From Oligoflexia bacterium (GTDB lineage Bacteria; Bdellovibrionota_B; Oligoflexia; Oligoflexales; JAGOVF01), in assembly GCA_030432875.1 (NCBI GenBank), contig JAUILP010000001.1, positions 39,086 through 103,085 of the forward strand: a stretch of 64,000 nt of DNA, in the 5' to 3' direction. Under the pieces are notes generated by a model, which searched no databases, was not told the DNA's origin, and saw only the letters and a program-made list of their open reading frames with translations. Below, one piece after another: positions 40,870-50,297 of the stretch (position 1 is the first letter of the stretch; each line of letters opens with the position of its first letter). Made by a program: the position numbers and the translations under genes.

Positions 40870-41211
40870 ATGAAAAAGATCTATTTTTCTTTTAAATTAA
40901 TCGGGTTATCATTAGTTTTAGGTGCTTACTGTTCCCTAGCGCTAGGATCATCAGTTTTTAAGTGCAATTTAGATGAATCCAAATGTGCTGTGACGCTAAG
41001 TAACGCCCGTCTAGGAGAATATGTTGATATTTTAGATGAAAAAGCGCTTCCAGCCGCGATCGGGAAGATTCGGTTTATAAAGGGTGATTTTGGCATCGTA
41101 AATGTTGAAAAAAAATTATCCCCAGCTCCCATTAAAAAGGGCTATCTGGTGATTCCCCGCCATGATACCAATTCCCATAACACGCAGTGGGCGGCAACCT
41201 TTTCATTTTAG
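40870..41211 (+). CDS. Small exported beta-rich protein (possibly FlgT C-terminal-like fold)
   Basis: GGAG RBS, signal peptide, Cys pair, G..V.I...IGKI...V...IKKG.LV pattern. Confidence 0.65.
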   Translation: MKKIYFSFKLIGLSLVLGAYCSLALGSSVFKCNLDESKCAVTLSNARLGEYVDILDEKALPAAIGKIRFIKGDFGIVNVEKKLSPAPIKKGYLVIPRHDTNSHNTQWAATFSF

Positions 41212-41270
41212 GCAATTAATAAGCCTTTATCAAAAATGAAGATAAAGGCCAAATTTCCACGATAGAATCA

Positions 41271-42077
41271 ATGACCCATTCTGCCCTCAATTTATCAGTA
41301 GTCATCATTACTTTAAATGAAGAATATAATCTCTCCCGTTGCTTGGCTAGCATACCTCCGGGGGCAGAAGTTATTATCGTTGATTCGGGAAGTCTCGATC
41401 GCACCGAAGAAATTGCTTGCGCATTTGGTGCTAGTTTTTTTACCCACAAGTTTATTGACTATGCGAGTCAAAAAAGTTTTGCCTTGTCAAAAGCGACACG
41501 TCCTTGGATTTTGTCTTTAGATGCCGATGAAGAACTTAGCCTCGAGTTGCAAAAAAATCTGCCCCAGTTTATCGAATCTTATCCAAAAAATGATTCGCAA
41601 ATAAAATATTTTAGGATTTCACGTCGCCTTGTTTTCCTTGGTAGAGCTCTGCGGTACGGGAAAACTAGCGACCATCCACTTAGGTTGATTTATAATCCCA
41701 AGGCGCAGGCGATTTGCTTTAAGGGAAGCGTACATGAGGTTCTTGATACGCAGAACTCCAAAATAGAAAAACTCCCGGTTCCGGGAAAACTAGAACACTT
41801 CTCCTATGCAACTATTTCGGATTATTTCATCAAATTCAATAAATATACAGACTTGGTCGCTATTAAGCACCGCGAGGCAGGAAAGCTTTCCCCTCCGCCA
41901 CTCTTTATTTCGTTGCGGTTTTTTGTTGAGTTTATAAAAAGATATGTTTTTCTCCTTGGCTTTCTCGATGGGTATGAAGGCTATCTATACGCTCTTTTTA
42001 GTAGCGTATATGGCCTCGTCAAATATGCGAAACTTAGAGAAATTCAAGCCCCCAAAAAAACGGTAGGTGGTAGGTAA
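41271..42077 (+). CDS. GT2 glycosyltransferase (WaaE/KdtX-like LPS core enzyme)
   Basis: SVVIITLNEE, VDSGSLD, WILSLDADE, VHE, GFLDG.EG. Confidence 0.9.
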   Translation: MTHSALNLSVVIITLNEEYNLSRCLASIPPGAEVIIVDSGSLDRTEEIACAFGASFFTHKFIDYASQKSFALSKATRPWILSLDADEELSLELQKNLPQFIESYPKNDSQIKYFRISRRLVFLGRALRYGKTSDHPLRLIYNPKAQAICFKGSVHEVLDTQNSKIEKLPVPGKLEHFSYATISDYFIKFNKYTDLVAIKHREAGKLSPPPLFISLRFFVEFIKRYVFLLGFLDGYEGYLYALFSSVYGLVKYAKLREIQAPKKTVGGR

Positions 42078-42083
42078 TTCTTG

Positions 42084-43178
42084 ATGACAAAAAAAGTCAC
42101 TCTCATGATTTCAAATCGGTGGTACAGCGCGATCACGGGCTATGCCTTGGCGTTTGCTACCATGCTTTTAAAAAAAGGGGTTAGCGTGCAGGTCATTGCG
42201 CTTAAAAATAAGCCCGCCGCAAAAAGGAGTGAAAAACTAGGTGTTACTGTTTGTGCCGTTGAGAGTTTTTCTTTGCGTTGGTACGCAAGCATTAGAAATT
42301 TAATTCAGGGATTTGATCCTGATTGGGTCGTGACTTTTGGCGGACCGGAGTCTTTTTTATTAGGCCTCATAAAGAATTTTGACAAACGCAAATGGTTGGA
42401 CGCACGATTTTTGGGAAGCGAGCTCCCGCCACGATCTTTATTAAAAAAATTTTTTTTCGGGTTGCGTCTTCAAAAGCACGCTTTGGTAATCGTGCCCTGT
42501 ACCAAAATTGAAAAAGAAATCGTTAAACTCAAGGTTCGTGTGCCTATCAAGATGATACCTCTTGGTATAGATGAGGAAGTGTTTTGTTTTAATGCCATTG
42601 ATCCCCGCGAATATGTTTTTCAGCCAAAAGTAACGATTGTAGGGCGTCTCGATCCGGTAAAGGGTCACCGGCTTTCATTCTATTATTTTGCCCAGATGCT
42701 AAGAATCTGGGATAAAAATATTCCGCGGCCTCGCCTTGTTGTCGTGGGCGAAGCGGCTAATTTAAGCGGGGAGCAATTAAGGAAGTGGGCTAAAGAGCAG
42801 GGCTTAAAAGATCCTGAAGATGTTGAGTTTCATTTTTATCGCTATGATAATTTGCCTTCTCTGATGAGCCAAAGCGCACTTGGTTGGGTCCCTAGTTTGG
42901 GGAGTGAAATCATTGGGCGTGTTGCGGAAGAATTTTTAATGTGTGGCACGCGAATATGCACATCTGGTGTTGGGGGGCTTGGTGATCTGGCTTCAGACAT
43001 TAACGGCGAAAATTATGAAAAAATAAAAGATGATGAGATTCCGCGGTTTCTGCAAAAAGAAATTCTAAAAGGAATGGCAGACAGTGTTGAAACAAAGAAG
43101 AACCGTTCAGTTTTAGCTCAGAAAACTTTTGGGTATAACAGCATTTCTGAATTACTTCTTGATGCGCTCAATGGATAG
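42084..43178 (+). CDS. GT4 glycosyltransferase
   Basis: VGRLDPVKGH, PSLGSEIIGRVAEEFLMCG, SGVGG. Confidence 0.85.
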   Translation: MTKKVTLMISNRWYSAITGYALAFATMLLKKGVSVQVIALKNKPAAKRSEKLGVTVCAVESFSLRWYASIRNLIQGFDPDWVVTFGGPESFLLGLIKNFDKRKWLDARFLGSELPPRSLLKKFFFGLRLQKHALVIVPCTKIEKEIVKLKVRVPIKMIPLGIDEEVFCFNAIDPREYVFQPKVTIVGRLDPVKGHRLSFYYFAQMLRIWDKNIPRPRLVVVGEAANLSGEQLRKWAKEQGLKDPEDVEFHFYRYDNLPSLMSQSALGWVPSLGSEIIGRVAEEFLMCGTRICTSGVGGLGDLASDINGENYEKIKDDEIPRFLQKEILKGMADSVETKKNRSVLAQKTFGYNSISELLLDALNG

Positions 43179-43517
43179 TCCTTAGGCTGCCGTTTCGCGG
43201 TGAATTCACAATCATTATGAAGCATTAATTTTCTTATATCACGACTAAATAATAGGACAGCTCCCAGAGGTCAAAGCAGCCGACAAACGTAGAGGGTGCA
43301 TGAAACCTCCGGTTTTTCTCGTTGTAGCACTTTGATGTCCCGTGTCAGCCGTAAATGCTTGGTGTATACAAGAGTGTACACTATGTCCCAAGCTGTATAC
43401 GAAAGCAGTTGTGCTGTTAGGTAATATATTTCATTATCGTCAATGAGCTTTTCTATAGGAACATGACTAAATAATGAGGCTTTATTATTAGGCATGACAA
43501 AAAAAACGAGGTAACAG

Positions 43518-43554
43518 AAGTTTCCGTGCGGCAAATCGCGGAAACTTTTTTTTT
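43518..43554 (+). terminator. Intrinsic terminator
   Basis: AAGTTTCCGTG-cggcaaat-CGCGGAAACTT stem followed by a T-run (T9 including the stem end). Confidence 0.7.
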
Positions 43555-43693
43555 GCTCGGAGCAAATTGACTCCAAAAATTTTTTTGGGAGCGATGTCAC
43601 GTCCTCAAGGAATCTTGCAGATAATAGGTTGCGGCTTACGAGCAAGCTCCCCAGAGTCGAGAAGATGGAAAAGGACAAAAAAAACCAGTGGTT

Positions 43694-46018
43694 TTAGCGC
43701 CCGAGCCATTTTCTCGGCTTGACACCGTCCGCTTTGTCAATCAAGCCAATTTTTTCCATGTGATCGATAATTCTTGCGGCTCTGTTATAGCCTATTTTAA
43801 ACTGGCGCTGCAAATATGATGCGCTAATGCTTCCCTGTTCCTGAGCAAGACTTACTGCAAAATCATATTTTTCATCCTTTTCGGCATCTTGATCATCACC
43901 AGTAAGTAGCCCGGTGTCAGAGCGAGATTTTTGGCGTTCAGCCTCTTCTTCCATCCACTGCATAAGCTGGTGGCAATAGTTTGCGCCTGAAGCTTTGAGG
44001 GTTGTGACCAAAGTTTTTATTTCTTGGTCACTAATAAAGGGTCCCTGAATGCGTTCTAAACGCATAGCACCAGGCTGCATAAAAAGCATATCGCCTTTAC
44101 CGAGTAGTTTTTCTGCGCCCATTTGGTCCAAGATTGTTCGGCTATCGTGTTTAGAAACGACCTGAAAGGCAATGCGGCAGGGAAGGTTTGCTTTTATGAC
44201 ACCCGTGAGAATATCAACCGAAGGTCGCTGAGTCGCCAGAACCATATGAATGCCACTCGCGCGTGCTTTTTGGGCTAGTCTTTGTATTACGCTTTCTACT
44301 TCTTTTGGGGCGGTCATCATTAAGTCCGCGAGTTCATCGATTACAATCAATATTATGGGAAGCTCTTTAAGCTCCTTTTCATTAAGAAGATCACGATGAT
44401 TATCCTTCTCAACTTCACTTAAATTATGCCAGGTGCTATTGAAATCTCGCAAATTGCGTACAGCTAGATGCTGCATGATTTTGTAACGCCTCTCCATCTC
44501 ATTGACAGCCCACATAAGAGAAAGAGCAGCTCGGTGCGCATCGGTAATGACAGGCATGAGTAAATGCGGTATGCCTTCGTAGACACTGAGTTCAAGCATT
44601 TTAGGGTCGACCAAAATAAGACGCACTTGATCTGGGGTAGTATGGTGGAGAATATTCACAAGGAGTGAGTTGATGGCCATCGATTTGCCGGCCCCGGTTG
44701 CCCCGGCCATAAGGAGATGAGGCATACTGGTTAAATCCGCAAAAATCGTCTCCCCGTTCACTGATTTTCCGAGTGCTACGGTGAGGGGAAAATCCTTTGC
44801 CCGCTTTAAGGTCTCATCACTGAGTAGGTTCCCAAGTAAAACTGCTTCCCGATTTTTGTTAGGAATTTGAATTCCGATCGCTTTTTTTCCCCGCACGGGG
44901 TTCATAAAAATCGAATCAACCTTTAAACCTAGGGCAAGATCATCAGCCAAAGAAAGGATTTTAGAAAGTTTTACCCCTTCGGCGGGTTCATATTCATAAA
45001 CACTCACCACGGGCCCTTCCTGGTAACCAATCATGGTGCCAAGGACGCCAAAATCATTCAGTATTTTTTTAATATTTTCAGAAATTTCATTGTGCAGGGC
45101 AGAATTTGTTGATTTTTGGCGTGTGTCTTTAGCTAAAAGGTCCATGCCTGGATGTTGATATGCCCCTGGAGTCGAGGTTTCATTTAGATGAGGCATCTGA
45201 GCATCTGGTTTTTGTGAGGCAACCGCAGGAGAAGAAGTGGTGGCTTGGTTCTCTAATTCAATCCTCGTGAGGTAATTCGCGAGATCATCAATTTCTTTTA
45301 AGTTTTTAGGCGGCTCTAGGATGGCATCCTCAATGATCAAAGGAGCATCAGTTTCCTTAAGGGTGCTTTTCCTAAATAAACCCGCATTTTTAAAAAAGCT
45401 GCTTTTAAGGTGGTGGGAAAAATTACTTAGGCGCGTTAGGTTATGGCCAAAAATAAGGCTGCGGTTAACTAGTAGCGTGACGGAGATCAAACTAAGCATA
45501 ATTAAGGTGATTTTCATGCCAACCTGACCAAGGGATTTATCGAGCGCTTTAAAGAGTTCCGCCCCTATTACCCCGGAAGAGGAAACTTCAAAGCCATTGA
45601 TAGCAAAATGTTGGAGATAATTGGCTAAAAAAACCATACAAACAACGGTTAGACACAAAAAACCAGAAGCCTGCCAAAGCGAAAGGCTTTTGTTTTCTTG
45701 ATAGTGATAGAGACTCATGGCCGCTGATGTAAGGGGAATGAGCGGGAGAATAAATCCCGCAAGGCCAACAAAATAATAGATGATGGATGCGGCATAGGCA
45801 CCAATATATCCGGATAAATTGGTAACGGCAAGCTGGGGAAACCTGGCACTATTAAAACCAGAATCAGCCGGATTATAGGAGAATAAAGCTACATAAAAAA
45901 ATAGGGTAAGACCAAGACAAAAGAAAAAATATATTTCCTTTCGTACAAATTTATTTAGTGGGCCTGAACCCGTATATTTTTGAAAATCTAGAGGCAATGA
46001 GTTTTTGGCAACGCGCAT
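43694..46018 (-). CDS. ftsK: DNA translocase FtsK
   Basis: 4TM N-terminus, PHLLMAGATGAGKS, IDELADLMM, LATQRPSVD, gamma domain LQR.F.IGYNRAAR. Confidence 0.97.
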   Translation of the reverse strand: MRVAKNSLPLDFQKYTGSGPLNKFVRKEIYFFFCLGLTLFFYVALFSYNPADSGFNSARFPQLAVTNLSGYIGAYAASIIYYFVGLAGFILPLIPLTSAAMSLYHYQENKSLSLWQASGFLCLTVVCMVFLANYLQHFAINGFEVSSSGVIGAELFKALDKSLGQVGMKITLIMLSLISVTLLVNRSLIFGHNLTRLSNFSHHLKSSFFKNAGLFRKSTLKETDAPLIIEDAILEPPKNLKEIDDLANYLTRIELENQATTSSPAVASQKPDAQMPHLNETSTPGAYQHPGMDLLAKDTRQKSTNSALHNEISENIKKILNDFGVLGTMIGYQEGPVVSVYEYEPAEGVKLSKILSLADDLALGLKVDSIFMNPVRGKKAIGIQIPNKNREAVLLGNLLSDETLKRAKDFPLTVALGKSVNGETIFADLTSMPHLLMAGATGAGKSMAINSLLVNILHHTTPDQVRLILVDPKMLELSVYEGIPHLLMPVITDAHRAALSLMWAVNEMERRYKIMQHLAVRNLRDFNSTWHNLSEVEKDNHRDLLNEKELKELPIILIVIDELADLMMTAPKEVESVIQRLAQKARASGIHMVLATQRPSVDILTGVIKANLPCRIAFQVVSKHDSRTILDQMGAEKLLGKGDMLFMQPGAMRLERIQGPFISDQEIKTLVTTLKASGANYCHQLMQWMEEEAERQKSRSDTGLLTGDDQDAEKDEKYDFAVSLAQEQGSISASYLQRQFKIGYNRAARIIDHMEKIGLIDKADGVKPRKWLGR

Positions 46019-46169
46019 AGTGATCCTTAAGCCAATCGATGATTAAAGGTGATTTTAAAAATGGGATAATAAGATTATAGTGCCGGATGGGTTTTTCTAC
46101 AAGTCGTCCACAAGATGTTAAGGATCCAAGTAGGTTAACGACTTGCTTTAGTTGTTTAGCTTTAGTTGG

Positions 46170-46196
46170 GTTTCGGCAAACAGTTGAAAAAATTAA
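46170..46196 (-). promoter_or_regulatory. Sigma28-like promoter upstream of ftsK
   Basis: TTAAT-N14-GCCGAAAC on the minus strand. Confidence 0.45.
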
Positions 46197-46213
46197 TCAG
46201 CAAGTGGGGAGGA

Positions 46214-47101
46214 TCACTTTTCTATATCGCGATGAATTATAACCACATCGCAGTAGCTAAGTTTAAGGCTCTTTAAGATTTTACCGAGCTCTTCTGTAAC
46301 AGCAACACTGCGATGTTTTCCTCCAGTGCAGCCAATACAAATACGAAAATAATTAAGACCTTCGTCGAAATATTTGGGAATAAGAAATGAGTACCAGGCC
46401 GATAAATGACTTAAAAATTCGGGAGCAGGTTCAGCGTTGAAAATATAGTCCCGCACAGACCGTTTTAAGCCAGTCTTTTTCCGTAGTTTTATATCGTAAT
46501 GGGGGTTTTTTAGGATACGTACATCAACGAGGCTCTCTAGTGAACGTGGAACGCCATATTTAAAGCCAAAACTTGTAAGGAGCACCTGCATACGTCTCGT
46601 TGGTAGGGCGCTACCAAGGTAGTTTTCTAGCATTTTTTGCAGATCTTTGGGGCTAAGCGTACTGGTGTCAATATGAAAATCGATGTGATCTTCCAAGGCA
46701 GAAAGCGCCTTTCTTTCTTTGGAAATAGAAGACTTGATATCTTTAGTGGACCTGATGCTATAAGGATGTCGACGCTTTGTGGAGGCGTAGCGAGCAGCGA
46801 TCACGTCATCTTGAGCACTGAGAAAAATTATTTTGACATAAAAGTTTTTAGTGAGGGATTTTTTTATTTTGGGAAAATCATGGATTAGGCTTTTATCTTT
46901 TGGGTCTAACCCAAGGGCAAATCCCCTCGCCTTATCCGGGTGATTCGCCGCATAATCAACCGCAGAGTCTAACATCTCTCCCGGGAGATTATCCAGGCAA
47001 AAAAAGCCATGATCTTCGAGAATATTTAGAGCAGTACTGCGCCCTGCTCCGGATAAGCCTGTAATGATATACAAATGCGGCTTTTTAACTGAACGCACCA
47101 T
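46214..47101 (-). CDS. rapZ: RNase adapter RapZ (YhbJ/YvcJ)
   Basis: GLSGAGRS, DNLP, RRHP, SFGFKYG, DVR.L.NPH, IGCTGGKHRSV. Confidence 0.93.
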   Translation of the reverse strand: MVRSVKKPHLYIITGLSGAGRSTALNILEDHGFFCLDNLPGEMLDSAVDYAANHPDKARGFALGLDPKDKSLIHDFPKIKKSLTKNFYVKIIFLSAQDDVIAARYASTKRRHPYSIRSTKDIKSSISKERKALSALEDHIDFHIDTSTLSPKDLQKMLENYLGSALPTRRMQVLLTSFGFKYGVPRSLESLVDVRILKNPHYDIKLRKKTGLKRSVRDYIFNAEPAPEFLSHLSAWYSFLIPKYFDEGLNYFRICIGCTGGKHRSVAVTEELGKILKSLKLSYCDVVIIHRDIEK

Positions 47102-48627
47102 TAAGCCTCTAATTTAAGCACGCGCCGACGCTGCGACGAGGGAAGGATGTTTTGTTGTTCGCGGTACTTGGCGACCGTGCGCCGCGCTAAGTTTATGCCT
47201 GTTTTCGCAAGAATTTCTACAATTTGTTGATCAGAATATGGCTTGTTGGGATTTTCGCTTTTAATCAAAGAAGCTATTTTTACTTTTACCGCTTCACTGG
47301 CCATATTGCTGCCATCTGAAGTGGCAATAGAACTATTGAAAAAGTATTTAAGTTCAAAGACTCCGCGAGGGGTATGCATGTATTTATTGCTAGTGACCCG
47401 ACTTATGGTTGATTCTGACATGCCAATCTCTTCGGCAATGTCTTTAAGTACCATCGGCAAAAGATACTCGATGCCCTTTTCAAAAAAATCAATCTGCATC
47501 TTTAAAATGCTTTCACTGACTTTTAGGATGGTTATTTGCCGCTGATAAAGACTGCGAATAAGCCAGTGGGCTGATTTTGCTTTTTCGTTAATATACTGGT
47601 TTGTCTCTGAGTTTTCAGCTGTTTTCTTGTTTTTTGCAAGTGATAAATAGTCCTCATTTAATGTCAAAGGAGGGATGCCGTCTTCGTTGATGTTTATAAC
47701 CCATTTGCCGCTAATTTTATAAATATAAACATCCGGCGTGATATAAAGTTCGTTTTCCCCTGTAATAAAATCCAGCGCGGGATGGGGTCTGAGTTGGCTG
47801 ATCATTTTTATGCTTTTGATGACATCATCTTGAGAGATATCAAGTGCTTTGGCGATAACACCGTAGTTTTGTTGTATGATATTGTCAAAATGCTTTTCAA
47901 GAATGATTTCAAGAACGCCATTTTTTAGCTTTTTCTCACGAACTTGGATGAGGTAACATTCCTGTAAATTTCGAGCAAAAACCCCCGCGGGCTCTAGACG
48001 CTGTAGGCAGTCGAGCACCCCTTCTACGTCATCCATTGAGGCGTCAAGTTCTTCCGCTATAATGCTTAATTCGATATCTAAATAGCCCTTTTCATCGAGG
48101 TTGCCTAAAAGGTGTTCCGCAATTTCATACTCCTTAAGTGAAAAACTAAATTCGATGAACTGACTTCTCAAATGCTCTGCCAAAGATACGGTGCCTGGGG
48201 TGAAAGTCTCAAAGCCAGCTCCGCCATCATTAGCCCCAGATTTTTTTGATGAATTTATTGTTGCGTTGTCAAATAAGGCGGGGTTACTGCTTTCGGGCTC
48301 ATCATTATAAGCCGTACTGTGCATTTCAATCTGGTCTCCACTTTCGGATGGACTTGCAGCACTTGCATCAAACATATCGGTGAGCTTTTTATTGTCATCA
48401 GAAATGTATTTGTCAAGGGAGTCTTCTTTAAGTTGGTTAGTCAGCGAAACTTCTTCTAACGAGCTCTTTTCGCCAATTTCAAGTAAGGGGTTTTCAGCTA
48501 ATTCCTGAGATATCACCTGTTCTAGTTCATGGTGGGAAAGTTGCAAAAGCTTAATCGCTTGTTGAAGCTGCGGCGTCATCAACAATTTTTGTGTTTGTTT
48601 TAAGCTTTGTTTAAGTTGCAAGGACAT
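47101..48627 (-). CDS. rpoN: RNA polymerase sigma-54 factor
   Basis: MTPQLQQAIKLLQL, ENPLLE, ESTISRVT, RpoN box ARRTVAKYRE. Confidence 0.98.
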   Translation of the reverse strand: MSLQLKQSLKQTQKLLMTPQLQQAIKLLQLSHHELEQVISQELAENPLLEIGEKSSLEEVSLTNQLKEDSLDKYISDDNKKLTDMFDASAASPSESGDQIEMHSTAYNDEPESSNPALFDNATINSSKKSGANDGGAGFETFTPGTVSLAEHLRSQFIEFSFSLKEYEIAEHLLGNLDEKGYLDIELSIIAEELDASMDDVEGVLDCLQRLEPAGVFARNLQECYLIQVREKKLKNGVLEIILEKHFDNIIQQNYGVIAKALDISQDDVIKSIKMISQLRPHPALDFITGENELYITPDVYIYKISGKWVININEDGIPPLTLNEDYLSLAKNKKTAENSETNQYINEKAKSAHWLIRSLYQRQITILKVSESILKMQIDFFEKGIEYLLPMVLKDIAEEIGMSESTISRVTSNKYMHTPRGVFELKYFFNSSIATSDGSNMASEAVKVKIASLIKSENPNKPYSDQQIVEILAKTGINLARRTVAKYREQQNILPSSQRRRVLKLEA

Positions 48628-48678
48628 GGAATTTTTTCCCTTTGTATTTCCATTTTACGAAGAACTTGAGCAAAGCTC

Positions 48679-48705
48679 CTATCGGTTTCGCGATGAAAAC
48701 CTTAA
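48679..48705 (-). promoter_or_regulatory. Sigma28-like promoter in the lptB-rpoN spacer
   Basis: TTAAG-N14-ACCGATAG, about 50 nt upstream of the rpoN ATG. Confidence 0.55.
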
Positions 48706-48777
48706 ACTAAATTGAATGTTTTATGAAATATTAGCGAAATAATATAAATAATCAGTAGGTTAAAGAATGGTGTTTTC

Positions 48778-49497
48778 CTATAGTCTAAAATGTTCGCCTA
48801 AATAAATTTCCCGTACTTCAGGGTTGTTTAAGACTTCATCTGGTGAACCATCTGCAATGATGCTGCCTCGCGCCAAAACATAGGACCTGGTGCAAGCGCT
48901 TAAGGTTTCTCGTACATTGTGGTCGGTTATGAGGACGCCAAGCCCATCTTTGCTCAAATTTTTAATAATTTCTTGTATTTCATTAACCGTTACCGGATCA
49001 ATACCGGCAAAGGGTTCGTCGAGCAAAAGAAACTTTGGTTTAATAATCAAAGAACGGGCGATTTCTACTCTGCGGCGCTCTCCTCCTGAGAGTGAAGCCC
49101 CAAGAGAGGCTCCGATGTGCCCAATTTGAAATTTATCAAATAGTTCTAGCAAAAGGCCTTCATGTTCTTCTCGAGGAATTTTGCAAATTTCCATAACGCT
49201 CAGCAAATTATCGCGAACACTAAGCTTGCGAAAAATTGAGGTGTTCTGCGGCAAATAGCTTATGCCTCGACGGGCTCTGATGTGCATGGGCAGAGTTGAA
49301 ATATCTTCATTATCTAATATGACGCTTCCCGCATCGGCAAAGAGCAAGCCGACGACTATATAAAAACTTGTCGTTTTCCCTGCCCCATTGGGGCCAAGCA
49401 ATCCAACGACCTCCCCCCCTTTTACGTGAAAAGACACGTTTTTCACAACCTGGCGTTGGCGAAAAGATTTTTGCAAATTTTTACAACTGAGCTGCAC
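48778..49497 (-). CDS. lptB: LPS export ABC ATPase
   Basis: GPNGAGKTT, LSGGERRR, DEPFAGIDP, ITDHNVRETL, YLGEHFRL. Confidence 0.97.
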   Translation of the reverse strand: MQLSCKNLQKSFRQRQVVKNVSFHVKGGEVVGLLGPNGAGKTTSFYIVVGLLFADAGSVILDNEDISTLPMHIRARRGISYLPQNTSIFRKLSVRDNLLSVMEICKIPREEHEGLLLELFDKFQIGHIGASLGASLSGGERRRVEIARSLIIKPKFLLLDEPFAGIDPVTVNEIQEIIKNLSKDGLGVLITDHNVRETLSACTRSYVLARGSIIADGSPDEVLNNPEVREIYLGEHFRL

Positions 49498-49509
49498 GGG
49501 GTATTCACT

Positions 49510-50283
49510 TCATGGTTTTTTTATTTGGTTTTCTTCAGGATATACGACGGTTTCAATTTTTTCTGCTTTTATTTGCCCAGATTTTATGTCGTAAGTGATC
49601 ATATTTCCGCGCATATTATCTTTTCCTCGAGAAATTTTGGCATTGCCCTCCAGAATGATAATTTGTTTGTCATTTAAAAAAGTCATTTTTTTTCCAGAGG
49701 CATGTATTGGTTTCTGCGAAATCTCATCAAATTTATCAACTTGAACATCACCCTCTGCGACAATTTTTTGAACTTCATTGCCATCATTAACAAAGTATAC
49801 GCGGGCTTTACTCGATTTTAGGCTTAAATCTCCTTGTGTAATCAAAACGTTCTTTTCTAGCTCAATTGTGCCCATTTCTTTTAAAGCACTTACGCCATCA
49901 CTTGATAAATTTATGGGAAGGTTTTTATTTTGGGCGCCAGGAGTTAATTTACTGGGCTTAGGTTCTTCTGAAATGGTAGTATTCTCACCGATTTTATTTT
50001 TATCATTAGTTTTAGTTCGGCCACTATTTATCGGCTTAGCATTATTATTGACGGGATTACCCGCCGCTTTTTCTTCTGATTTCTTAAGGGGCGCATTTTT
50101 ATCAGGCTCTGAATCACCCCGGGGCTGAGGAGTTATTTCTTTAGTAGTTTTGGGGGTGCTATCAAAAGAGTCTAATACGTCAGCATAGAGAGTTATCTTT
50201 TCTGAAAAGGTAAAAAACACCACTAAAGCAGCGCAAGCAAAGTTGGGTGAGTTTTTTAAAAAATTATTAATATCCGTCCTCAC
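49510..50283 (-). CDS. lptA: LPS transport periplasmic protein LptA (long N-terminal linker)
   Basis: OstA beta-jellyroll pattern NVLITQG, AEGDV, LEGNAKI, G..ITYD; lies between lptC and lptB. Confidence 0.88.
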   Translation of the reverse strand: MRTDINNFLKNSPNFACAALVVFFTFSEKITLYADVLDSFDSTPKTTKEITPQPRGDSEPDKNAPLKKSEEKAAGNPVNNNAKPINSGRTKTNDKNKIGENTTISEEPKPSKLTPGAQNKNLPINLSSDGVSALKEMGTIELEKNVLITQGDLSLKSSKARVYFVNDGNEVQKIVAEGDVQVDKFDEISQKPIHASGKKMTFLNDKQIIILEGNAKISRGKDNMRGNMITYDIKSGQIKAEKIETVVYPEENQIKKP

Positions 50284-50297
50284 GGGTTAGGTTAAAT

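Noticed and set aside
43271-43678. 135-aa minus-strand ORF downstream of ftsK
   Set aside because: TTG start without RBS, no motif, and it runs through a terminator and structured region; treated as probably non-coding.
46214-47101. RapZ Walker A Lys-to-Arg (GLSGAGRS) as a sign of inactivation
   Set aside because: This variant also occurs in other RapZ homologues (e.g. actinobacterial), and the remaining motifs are intact.
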